In this document: positions 50,464-60,050 of the stretch, in pieces
How the letters are laid out: each line of letters starts with the position of its first letter
How positions within the stretch are numbered: position 1 is the first letter of the stretch
Origin: Paramoeba atlantica
Taxonomy: Eukaryota; Protista; Discosea
Assembly: GCA_977017575.1 (NCBI GenBank)
Contig: CDRNVI010000083.1
Location: 310,001 to 374,000 of the forward strand
Direction of reading: 5' to 3'
DNA length: 64,000 nucleotides
Notes under the pieces: generated by a model
Databases searched by the model: none
The model's input: the letters and a program-made list of their open reading frames with translations, nothing else
Told to the model about the DNA's origin: nothing
Position numbers and translations under genes: made by a program

Positions 50464-53184
50464 CTAGAAGCGAAGTCCACCTATCCAGTTATCCTTCGGA
50501 ATGTACTCACGTAGTTGAGATACCACCGTGTATGCGGACATCTTTTCAATCTCAAGTTGAAATCCCTGTCGTACATTGTCGTAGTTCATTTTTGCGCGCT
50601 GCGCTATTGCCTTTAAAAGTGCCTTGGTGTCATTGTGTAGAAGGCCACAGTCTGAGGTGGCCAGACAACGGAAGTATTCACTATCGACACCCTTTTCGGA
50701 GACATATTTCTTGATTTTTCGATCGATCGCTTGTTGTATGAGTGCTGAACTGGTCTGTTTCGCGTAACTGTTGCAACAGGTGTGCACCACCGTGAAGTCA
50801 TAGAGCACTTCCCCCATGTGTGGCCACATGATGGCGAGATCAGGTCCCGAGCGGATACGGCGTGCTTTACATGGATGCTGTTCGGCTACGTCGGCGGCGA
50901 TGGAGCATTTACATTTGGTGCAGTAATATGAGGAGTGAATGCGCGGTTCAGTGACGTTCGGAAGACCTGCTTTGGAACATAACTCTGATAGGTAGCGGAC
51001 GATGTGGGAATGTTTGCGTGTGCAGTTCATACCAGAGCAACGAGAGCAGCCTGCAACATGTGGAATGATGCTGGATGGGGATTCTTGGGTGCAGCATCCA
51101 GGGCATGTGACTTTGGCAGGAGCTTGGGGTAAACTGATTCCTAACCGCATCATGAGTGTGTATCGAAATAAATAAGGATTGATATAATTGCTCGTGCTTT
51201 CGAGATGCAAGTTGTTCTCCATAGTGCGTTTCATTACAAGCTCCAATTGCGAATTCTTCCGTAGCTCGTAAGCCTTCTTTTCGTGTTCTTCTTTCATCTT
51301 CTTTTTCAGCAGCTTCTGGGCGACTTCACTACGACTTTGTCCGTTGGCGTGTACTTTATCTCCACCTTTTATACCTACTGGAGCGTTATTGGGTTTTGGG
51401 TGCTCAACAATAGATTTCCGGGCAGTTTCAAAGTAGTATTTCTGCTTCAAAGTCGAGGAGATCAATCCTAGGCCGCCTAGTTTCTGAGGAAGTACCGCTA
51501 GTTGCAAGGCTTGTGTGTCAGCTCCGCACCATTTCTTAAGAACTTGTTGAACGTGGTCTTCGAAGGCTTCGGCTAGCCGCGTGGTTGCTTCCGGACGATG
51601 AACTCGCAGATGATAATCTTGTCGCGGAATTGTGCATCGACGTAGAATTGCGAGGGACAGATTGCTTGGACCCATTAGCAGGAGTCGACGGAAGAGGCAT
51701 TTGTGTTTTTCCATCTTCCGTAGAAGAAGATCTTTTATCACCTCATTTGCTCCTATGTACGCTCCCAATATTTTAAGCGCATCATTCCGGGAGTTAACAC
51801 CTAAGCGGTTCAGGGACAATAGTTCGTCATCAAATGTAGTATTCTTTTGGAACCATTCACATTTCTGAAACTTGACATGCAGGTTAAGATCACTGGTAAG
51901 TTCGCGCAAGTGCAAGAACGCTGCCCCAAGTGACAACACGTTTTTCGAGCTTAGGGTCACGTCATCCTGGTATGCTCTGATCGTTACGTCGGGATATAGG
52001 CTGGCTACTTCTCGTATTGGGCTTTGTAGAAGGGCACAGAAGTACATGGAGGATAGAGCTGAACCTTGGCGGATTCCGGAAGAACTTTCCAAGACGGCGT
52101 AGAGGGCATTATGCGCGAAGAAGAGGAGCTCCGAAGGTAGCCCATACTCAAAGTAGAACAGGCGCAGGAAAGGTTTGAATATGGGATTGCTTACCAGTAT
52201 TTGTGCAATGGCATCGCGTCGCGGGGTATTATACGCATTGCTGAAATCTACCGTAAGCAACGCATGTCCGTCCTCGTATTCTTGAAGCAATTCGTGGACG
52301 ATGGATTCGCAGGCATTTTTGTGTAGGACTCCTCGTTGAATTGGCGCAAAGAATGTCTTCAAGGTGGTTTCATGTCGCTGCAGTAGAATAGATCCACAGA
52401 TTTTCAAAATAGTGTCTCCCATGGCAACTGGACATATCCCGTTCTGCGGCTTTGGTAGGGCGATGATTCTGCAGCGAGTAAGGCGCTTCCGGACGCTTAG
52501 TGGAACTTCTCCGTTGATTACATCTCGAACCATGTGGCACAGTGAAAGGCATGATACATCATCGTCTACAAGCAACCGCATCATACTCTCACTTAGCCCG
52601 CTTGGTCCGGGGGAAGCTCCACGAGCCAATTTCTCAACTGCCAGACGAAGTTCCGAACTTTCAACAACTCCGATGCGTGGGAAGTCAGCTTCCGGTATTT
52701 GGATAGGGGGTCCATCAGGATGCAATTCTCGTAGTTTCTGAAATTTTTCTTCGGCCGAAAGAGTGGAGTCCTTGTAAACGTTATCTAGAATTCGAGTGGC
52801 TTTCCCCAGATTCCCTGCTTTGGCTGTTCGCAACGCGTTTCGGATCGCGCGCCTGTCGATTTCTAGTTCGGCTCGTTGTTCTGCACTTAGATTTATGCCA
52901 TCTGATAGCTCGTTACGTTCCTTTCGCACGTGTCCCACTCTTTGGGTTCTTCTAATTGCATCCCGCACTGTAGCAAGTGAGTCTCGCGGCGCATTCATAA
53001 ATTTGTGCCAGATCGCTGCTTTCTCAGAATCAAGTTCAACAGTGGCATAGCCTCGGATAATCGCACGGAAGATTGCTACCACATGCACCGCGAAGGATGG
53101 CTCGATGTTGGGAAGGTCCGGGAGGGGGTCGAGATCGCAGCCACTGTCGTCAGACGAGACATTTTCTGATTCGAAATCCACACC
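50464..53184 (-). CDS. RT-RLE portion of element C
   Basis: DFSNAYN, SGIRQGSALS, AYQDD, CPGC..HVAGC, GPDL, YDFTVVH, RKIKKY. The conserved RP motif is changed to CP. Clearly homologous to A and H. Confidence 0.9.
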   Translation of the reverse strand, partial: GVDFESENVSSDDSGCDLDPLPDLPNIEPSFAVHVVAIFRAIIRGYATVELDSEKAAIWHKFMNAPRDSLATVRDAIRRTQRVGHVRKERNELSDGINLSAEQRAELEIDRRAIRNALRTAKAGNLGKATRILDNVYKDSTLSAEEKFQKLRELHPDGPPIQIPEADFPRIGVVESSELRLAVEKLARGASPGPSGLSESMMRLLVDDDVSCLSLCHMVRDVINGEVPLSVRKRLTRCRIIALPKPQNGICPVAMGDTILKICGSILLQRHETTLKTFFAPIQRGVLHKNACESIVHELLQEYEDGHALLTVDFSNAYNTPRRDAIAQILVSNPIFKPFLRLFYFEYGLPSELLFFAHNALYAVLESSSGIRQGSALSSMYFCALLQSPIREVASLYPDVTIRAYQDDVTLSSKNVLSLGAAFLHLRELTSDLNLHVKFQKCEWFQKNTTFDDELLSLNRLGVNSRNDALKILGAYIGANEVIKDLLLRKMEKHKCLFRRLLLMGPSNLSLAILRRCTIPRQDYHLRVHRPEATTRLAEAFEDHVQQVLKKWCGADTQALQLAVLPQKLGGLGLISSTLKQKYYFETARKSIVEHPKPNNAPVGIKGGDKVHANGQSRSEVAQKLLKKKMKEEHEKKAYELRKNSQLELVMKRTMENNLHLESTSNYINPYLFRYTLMMRLGISLPQAPAKVTCPGCCTQESPSSIIPHVAGCSRCSGMNCTRKHSHIVRYLSELCSKAGLPNVTEPRIHSSYYCTKCKCSIAADVAEQHPCKARRIRSGPDLAIMWPHMGEVLYDFTVVHTCCNSYAKQTSSALIQQAIDRKIKKYVSEKGVDSEYFRCLATSDCGLLHNDTKALLKAIAQRAKMNYDNVRQGFQLEIEKMSAYTVVSQLREYIPKDNWIGGLRF

Positions 53185-53460
53185 GAGGGGCCGCACAGGA
53201 CATAAAAGAAAATAACTATAAAGATGAAATAATAATTTGCACCCGCCAAACCCGGCGGCTATAGGATGGGGGTTTGGTGGGTGGGACAAAAAACGCGTAA
53301 AGGAAAAAGATTCTACAAGTAAGTAATCAGTAAATATGTAAATTTTCAGAATACATATTGTAGCTTTTATACATGATTCAATTACAACCCCCTTTCGGGG
53401 AAAAGAAACAATGAAAATTATAACCCCCTTCCGGGGCATTTGACCCGATATTAGCCCCTC
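53185..53460. mobile_element. 276-bp MITE-like insertion with short TIRs (GAGGGGC/GCCCCTC)
   Basis: Removing it joins GNLT to GVDFESEN in one frame of element C. AT-rich interior with two CCCCG(G/A)AAGGGGG hairpins. Confidence 0.75.
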
Positions 53461-54361
53461 GGTTAAATTTCCATGCGTAGACTTCTACTCCTCCAGGTTC
53501 TGGATCGCCGTCTCCACTTGAAGAAGTTTCGTCGCCCGAAGACTGTAGATTTTAATTTTGTCCGACTGTGGAAGGTATAAGACGCCGGCGTTGGAAGGCC
53601 CCGCGTGGACACCCGTTCGAGAAAGGGAGGGAAGGGAGTTCTCTCCAGGAAAAAGTTCATGAGGTATATAAAATAGGTTTGATACTTACTTCGCGAAGTT
53701 GATATTACAGTACTGGTGAAGATAATGTCTTTTACTCTGTTGTCCATGATGGATGTTATATTTCGGTAGCTCTGTAGTTCTACAGATTAAACATTACAGT
53801 TTACATACGCTTACTATATCTGATTGACTATATGTTTTTCTTCCGGAAGTGCAATTCAGTGCCTTTCCCCCATTTCGCCACAGTGTTGTGAACTTGATCT
53901 GCTGCTTTTGTGCTGTTGTTTCGCATCGCCATTTCTCCCTGATCAGCGTCGGAATCACTGTCTAGCGTCATTTGAACACGCTCACTTTCGATGTCACTCT
54001 CTTGCCCGTTTTCAGCTGTTGGAAACGCAAATTGTGTATTGATTTCGCGTGCGTTTCCAGAGTTTTCTTGGTTCGAGACTATTTTGAATTTTTGCGGAGT
54101 AATTTTGATGATGTTCTTTACCGGGGTGATGGTGGGTGTTCCGTGATCGACCCAGTTCTTCGATAAAGGTTCGGCTCCAATGACTCGGATGCGTGGTGTT
54201 TTCTTCGGCTTTTCCGTGGTAGAATTCTTAATTACTGCATCGCTTTTTACGATCTTTTCTTTGCTGTTCGTGTCTTGCGTCCGTATTTTTACAGTTACAC
54301 GACCAGATTTCACATTCATGCTCTTCGGTGTGTTGGCGGATCCCCGAGCAGGGCGCGTCAT
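53461..54361 (-). pseudogene. N-terminal region of element C with stops and frameshifts
   Basis: KWGKG and GPSNAGVLYLPQSDKIKIY match DWGKG and GPSGNLYLPQSTKIKVF of A. TAG at 53485-53487. Confidence 0.75.
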
Positions 54362-54412
54362 AGTGATTAAATCGATATAAAAAAAAATCAACCAACAAGG
54401 TACAGAAAGTTT

Positions 54413-55923
54413 GTTAAGACCCTTTCTTTTGTTAAGACCCTTTCTTTTGTTAAGACCCTTTCTTTTGTTAAGACCCTTTCTTTTGTTAAGACCCTTTCTT
54501 TTGTTAAGACCCTGTCTTTTGTTAAGACCCTTTCTTTTGTTAACACCCTTTCTTTTGTTAACACCCTTTCTTTTGTTAACACCCTTTCTTTTGTTAAGAC
54601 CCTTTCTTTTGTTAAGACCCTTTCTTTTGTTAAGACCCTTTCTTTTGTTAAGACCCTTTCTTTTGTTAAGACCCTTTCTTTTGTTAAGACCCTTTCTTTT
54701 GTTAACACCCTTTCTTTTGTTAACACCCTTTCTTTTGTTAAGACCCTTTCTTTTGTTAAGACCCTTTCTTTTGTTAAGACCCTTTCTTTTGTTAAGACCT
54801 TTTCTTTTGTTAAGACCCTTTCTTTTGTTAAGACCCTTTCTTTTGTTAAGACCCTTTCTTTTGTTAAGACCCTTTCTTTTGTTAAGACCCTTTCTTTTGT
54901 TAAGACCCTTTCTTTTGTTAAGACCCTTTCTTTTGTTAAGACCCTTTCTTTTGTTAAGACCCTTTCTTTTGTTAAGACCCTTTCTTTTGTTAACACCCTT
55001 TCTTTTGTTAACACCCTTTCTTTTGTTAAGACCCTTTCTTTTGTTAACACCCTTTCTTTTGTTAACACCCTTTCTTTTGTTAAGACCCTTTCTTTTGTTA
55101 AGCCCCTTTCTTTTGTTAAGCCCCTTTCTTTTGTTAAGCCCCTTTCTTTTGTTAAGCCCCTTTCTTTTGTTAAGCCCCTTTCTTTTGTTAAGCCCCTTTC
55201 TTTTGTTAAGCCCCTTTCTTTTGTTAAGCCCCTTTCTTTTGTTAAGCCCCTTTCTTTTGTTAAGCCCCTTTCCTTTGTTAAGCCCCTTTCTTTTGTTAAG
55301 CCCCTTTCTTTTGTTAAGACCCTTTCTTTTGTTAAGACCCTTTCTTTTGTTAAGACCCTTTCTTTTGTTAAGACCCTTTCTTTTGTTAAGACCCTTTCTT
55401 TTGTTAAGACCTTTTCTTTTGTTCAGACCCTTTCTTTTGTTAACACCCTTTCTTTTGTTAAGACCCTTTCTTTTGTTAAGACCTTTTCTTTTGTTAAGAC
55501 CCTTTCTTTTGTTAAGACCCTTTCTTTTGTTAAGACCCTTTCTTTTGTTATGACCCTTTCTTTTGTTATGACCCTTTCTTTTGTTAAGACCCTTTCTTTT
55601 GTTAAGACCCTTTCTTTTGTTAAGACCCTTTCTTTTGTTAAGACCCTTTCTTTTGTTAAGACCCTTTCTTTTGTTAAGACCCTTTCTTTTGTTAAGACCC
55701 TTTCTTTTGTTAAGACCCTTTCTTTTGTTAAGACCCTTTCTTTTGTTAAGACCCTTTCTTTTGTTATGACCCTTTCTTTTGTTAAGACCCTTTCTTTTGT
55801 TAAGACCCTTTCTTTTGTTAAGACCCTTTCTTTTGTTAAGACCCTTTCTTTTGTTAAGACCCTTTCTTTTGTTAAGACCCTTTCTTTTGTTAAGACCCTT
55901 TCTTTTGTTAAGACCCTTTCTTT
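54413..55923. repeat. S1 array, ~84 units, with clustered variant units
   Basis: Run of consecutive GTTAAGCCCC units at ~55100-55310; GTTAACACCC and GTTATGACCC clusters. Confidence 0.98.
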
Positions 55924-55926
55924 ACC

Positions 55927-56340
55927 CTTTCTGTACCTTGTTGTTTTCTTACTCTTACAATTATGTCCACCGCCCACGGCAACACTCTCCCAGGGGTGAA
56001 CTTTTCACACGCTGATCGGAAGAATAGCTTACAATCCAATCCCAAGAAGATTCCGCGAATCAGAATAGTGACGAGTGAGAAGGAACTTTCGAAATCATGG
56101 GCAGACCATGGAGCGTACGACTTTCCACCTCGAGAACGAATCAAGGCCAGAGCACGCGATGATGCCGAAATATATTTGTCTCCAATAGATTGTCCGTCGA
56201 ATGTAAGCTCAGATGCCGATTCACGAGACAGCCTTGACAGCGATACCTCAGATACGATGTCCACGGACGGTGACCAGCTAGCAACTGTGTCTTGTTCTAG
56301 ATCAGCTCCGACTTTGTCGTTAAATGAAAAAAAGGAACAA
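55927..56340 (+). pseudogene. Element E 5' fragment (leader plus N-terminal ORF 55963-56355)
   Basis: CTTTCTGTACCTTGTTG leader; PKKIPRIRIV..ELSKSWADHG matches PKKTPRIRVI..PLSKNWVDHG of C. Confidence 0.75.
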
Positions 56341-56447
56341 AAACAAAGGTCTTAACAAAAGCCCGTGGAGCGCATATATTATATACGCGCCGATTACTAT
56401 CAAATGTTCACATTCTAATAAACTAATATCCCTTTCTTTTCTTAAGA

Positions 56448-58035
56448 AGTATTTGAGATGACAAGCTTAAAAACTTGTCCCAGTGTATTGGTCGTGAGCT
56501 AGAAACTGGCGGAGTTGAGCGTGGAGGATAGTTCCTGCCTGTTCCTGGTGGAGTAGCGTAAATGTTTCCATTACGCTGTGTCTCTCTAGCCCGCAACGGT
56601 CCGCAATAGCCCACAGGAGATTCCGAGTGGCGTTGTGCATGGAACCGCAGGACAGAACAGGGATACATTCAAAGCATTCCTTGTTTATCATGCCACTGTC
56701 AACATAGCGTACACGCTTGCGCTTTATCGCTTCGTTCATGAGGAATGTCGTATTGTGTTTGATATTCGAGGGAGCCAGTTCGTGAACTACTGTGAGGTCG
56801 TAGTATTTCTCTCCTGAAGCCCATTGAATTGCAAGGTCGGGGCCCGTGCGACGCAGAGTACTTCCAACACATGTCCTGGTATGTTCCGTTTTGTTTTCAG
56901 GGTGGATCGTGGCTGCGCACGCAGAGCACTCATAGTAACTGAACTGACGAGGTTCACGTTCACACGGCAATCCAGCTCGGAGGCATAGCTCGTAAAGGTA
57001 GCGAACAAGGGCATGATGCTTCGTAGTTACATTGTGTCCTGCACATTTGACGCATCCAGGTATGTGGGTTAGCGCTTCCGAGGAGCTTAGGAGCTTTTTG
57101 CATCCCGGGCATAGCAACGAGTTTGGCAGTTGTGGGTGGCTTATTTTTAGTCGTGACATGATGTTTAGCGTGTAGATGTGCGAAGGAATGATTTTGCGAT
57201 TCCCGATAAGCCATTCATAGCTCCCTTTCTTGCTGCAAGCTTTAATCGTCGGAGCCCACTCCTTGTTTTTGAGAAGATTTGTCTGGATTTCTGTGGCTCT
57301 TTTGGTCTCCGTCACCACCTCGTCCTCAGGTGTCTTATGTGATTCCTCCAACGTCCCTGCAGGTGCTGGCGGTTCCATGCGTTGTGCCATCCGAGCTGAA
57401 AAGGTTTTTTGATGCTCAAAAACGGCATGTCGCGATGAAGTGTACGCAGCGTTCCGCAAGGGTTCTGTTTCTGGAATACCCAATCCACCTTTCTTTAAAG
57501 GTAGTCTTGCTATCATTTCTTGCTCTGGACTCAGAGGTCCCAACCACGATGTGACGACATTCTTGATCTCGTGGTCAAATTTTTGCGCTAGCTCAAGTGA
57601 GGCCTCTGGTTTATGTACCCGTACGTGATAACGGTGCCGAACGTTTACGCTGCGCGATAGCAAAAGCAGGGACGCGTTGTTGGCACCCATCTTTTTAAGA
57701 CGTCTGAATATCGTATGGTGTTTTTCCAGCGTTCGGATTAATTCGGATCCTATGCGCTGTTCCTCCCCAACGAATGCACCCAGTACTTTAATGACTTCGC
57801 TCTCTGTACGCACACCTTCTTCTTTGAGGGTTGATGGAATGGGGGCGTCGCTTTTCCCTTCAAACCAGATGCATTTTTCGTTATTGAGTTGAATTCCTTC
57901 AGTGAGAAGCAGGGTTTGTAACCGGTGGTATGCCGCCTCGACCTCTTTTCCACTAGGAGAAGTGAGGCTGACGTCGTCGACGTAAGCTAGAACTTTGACG
58001 TTTGGAAATTCCTGCGCTATGGTCTCCAACATGGG
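56448..58035 (-). mobile_element. Element G: 5'-truncated RLE non-LTR retrotransposon (ORF 56467-58032)
   Basis: Starts just before AYVDD. KGGLG, CPGC..HIPGC, GPDL, YDLTVVH, RKRVRY. RT part is closest to B. Confidence 0.88.
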
Positions 58036-58575
58036 GAAGGTCTAGCAACGAGCGGAAGGTTTCCCAAGGCGCCGGATCGCGTTCTCGACATCATAAAGGA
58101 CTGGGGAAAGGGTAGCACGTGCGAAATACGATGGGGATTCAATGAGAAAGAGACATATACCAGTGAAGGTGCGGTGTCCAAGAGAACGGTGCGTCGAGGT
58201 TTAGTGAAGCTCACGATTGCATACAAGCCTAAAGAGGGTAGCGAAGGACCCGCTGGTCTTCTTCACCTTCCGCAATCCGCGAAGATCAAAATTTGGTCGA
58301 TTAACGAAGTGAAGATTAACAAATCAAGACTCCCTCCGTTGAATCCGTAGAAGAGAAGAACTCAGACCTGAATGAAAGCTTTGAGACAGCGGACGACGGT
58401 TGCGACCTAGATCCCCTCCCCAGATTTTCGCAAATTGATTCTTCGTTCTCAGTACATGTTGTTGCAATTTTTCGCTCGATTATTGGTGCTTATCCGAAAG
58501 CCAAGACAGAATCAGAGAAATCCGCTATCTGGCACAAACTTTTAAATGCTCCCAGGGATTCTTTAGCAACTTGGA
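58036..58575 (+). pseudogene. Element E continuation, with stop and frameshift, truncated before RT
   Basis: Manual translation: APDRVLDIIKDWGKGSTCEIRWGF..LHLPQSAKIKIW, then DDGCDLDPLP..VHVVAIFRSII and IWHKLLNAPRDSL, matching A and C. Confidence 0.8.
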
Positions 58576-58887
58576 GGCATTTCTCCTGTGAAATCCTATG
58601 ACAGGAAGCCACGGGCGAAACATCACCTTCCCCCCTTCTCTCGTGAGAGAAACTACCTCCAAAAATAACTAGAACAGAACTTACAAGTAAATGAATAAAT
58701 AAATAGATAAATAGATACTTTCGTGTGAGAAAGATGATTCCGTTTTTTTTTTTGCAATTTTTTTTTTATTCTGTAATACGATCTATAACTTTTCTCTCTC
58801 CGTATCCCCCTAACGGGGATTCTGACTTTCTTCACTCACTTTTCAAATCGCGAGGAATTGGGTGGCCCGAATGTCGCTGCTGGTTGT

Positions 58888-59375
58888 CATCCGTTGAAGT
58901 CGTGGCGCAGAAAACCTCACGAGCGAATTCACAAATGGTCCGAGCAGAAAGAAATTTTAGAGGCTCAAGAACTATCTGCAAATCCACTGCCGAGAGATGC
59001 GGTCCGGTACATCGAGAATACACCGATTTTCGTTTCCTGAGCAGAAAAGGATTTTTGGCGCTCGAAAGAAACACAAACATGATGTTAACCCAACGTCCCA
59101 TACGCAAACTCTGCGCAGCAGCTTTACGAATTGTACCTGTCGTCACGCACGTCGACTTGTCCCTCGGCACTTCGACATCCGTTGAAATCATAGCGCAAAG
59201 AACCCCGCAAAGAATGATTTGGCACATGGTCCGAGCAGAAAGAGATTTTAAAGGCTCAAGAACTATTTGCGACACATCCGTTGCCGAGATATGCGAACCT
59301 GCCCACCGAGAATACACCAACGCATTCTGTTTCCTGAGCAGAAAAGGACTTTTGGCGCTCGAAAGAAACATAAAC
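58888..59375. repeat. Diverged ~190-bp direct duplication (58888-59078 / 59176-59375), coding status unclear
   Basis: Shared blocks such as ATGGTCCGAGCAGAAAG and TTCCTGAGCAGAAAAGGA; indels appear to be multiples of 3. Confidence 0.8.
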
Positions 59376-60050
59376 TTTTTTTTTTTTCGTACATGGAGAA
59401 AATCTTTGCCTCAACCGCCTCGACCGCCACCCGGTGTCCAACCGGAAGGCTTTTCTTGGTCGAGTGAGCTGGCCACCTTCCAGTGGCAAGATGAATGGGT
59501 GTTTCCACCCACGCACCTCAGGGGAGACACCCCATTACAGGGTAGTGCGAGACTTGCTTACCAGAGTTTTGTTGAATCTCGGATTGCGTCAGAGACTCTG
59601 GTAGCTCACTCGCTAAAAACTCCACTGCTCCGGATTGTTAGTCCAGGAGCGCTCCTAGCGTGGAGAAACGAAGGACCTAGCCTAGAAAAAAGGATCTAGT
59701 CCCTTCGCTTCTCCGGGAGATGGGGAGGGATAAAACCTCAGCTAGCACCAATGCCGTTCCACCTCCACCGAGGGGGTAGGGTTAGCGCGCTTGCTAACGA
59801 CATACATGCCTCGGCGACGGGATGCTACCCCGTCTATGCCCCGGAACGCGGTTAACGACGCCGCGAACAAGGGTTGAACAGGAATAGGAACGGACACATT
59901 CCCTCCTGCCAGCTCGGAAACCCTTACGTCGGAAGGCTGGGGTCGCCACGCCCCATCACCGGCAACGGTCCAATGCCGGGCTCCTGACCTCATCTTCCCC
60001 TTCTGACGCACCCAAAAGGATATGCCGTGGCAGTGGCGACCCAGTTAGGA

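Larger units (their letters stand above)
50204..54412 (-). mobile_element. Element C: full-length but disrupted RLE non-LTR retrotransposon, S1 on both sides
   Basis: Leader at 54393-54409, N-terminal ORF from ATG 54361, degenerate segment, MITE insertion, RT-RLE frame and 3' UTR to 50204. Confidence 0.85.

Noticed and set aside
20816-53487. Alternative genetic code (TAA/TAG = Gln), suggested by TAA 20816, TAA 22597 and TAG 53485
   Set aside because: ORFs of 800-1500 codons contain no other in-frame TAA/TAG, which reassignment would produce; isolated nonsense mutations fit better.
53640-53820. GTAAGT/GTAAGC..AG spliceosomal introns in element C (possible domestication)
   Set aside because: Candidate splices do not give a convincing alignment to A or E, acceptors are weak, and other stops remain.
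59777-59786. CTAACCCTA on the minus strand as a TTAGGG-type telomerase RNA template
   Set aside because: A 9-mer is expected by chance in this much sequence, it is partly buried in a hairpin, and no TTAGGG array is present.
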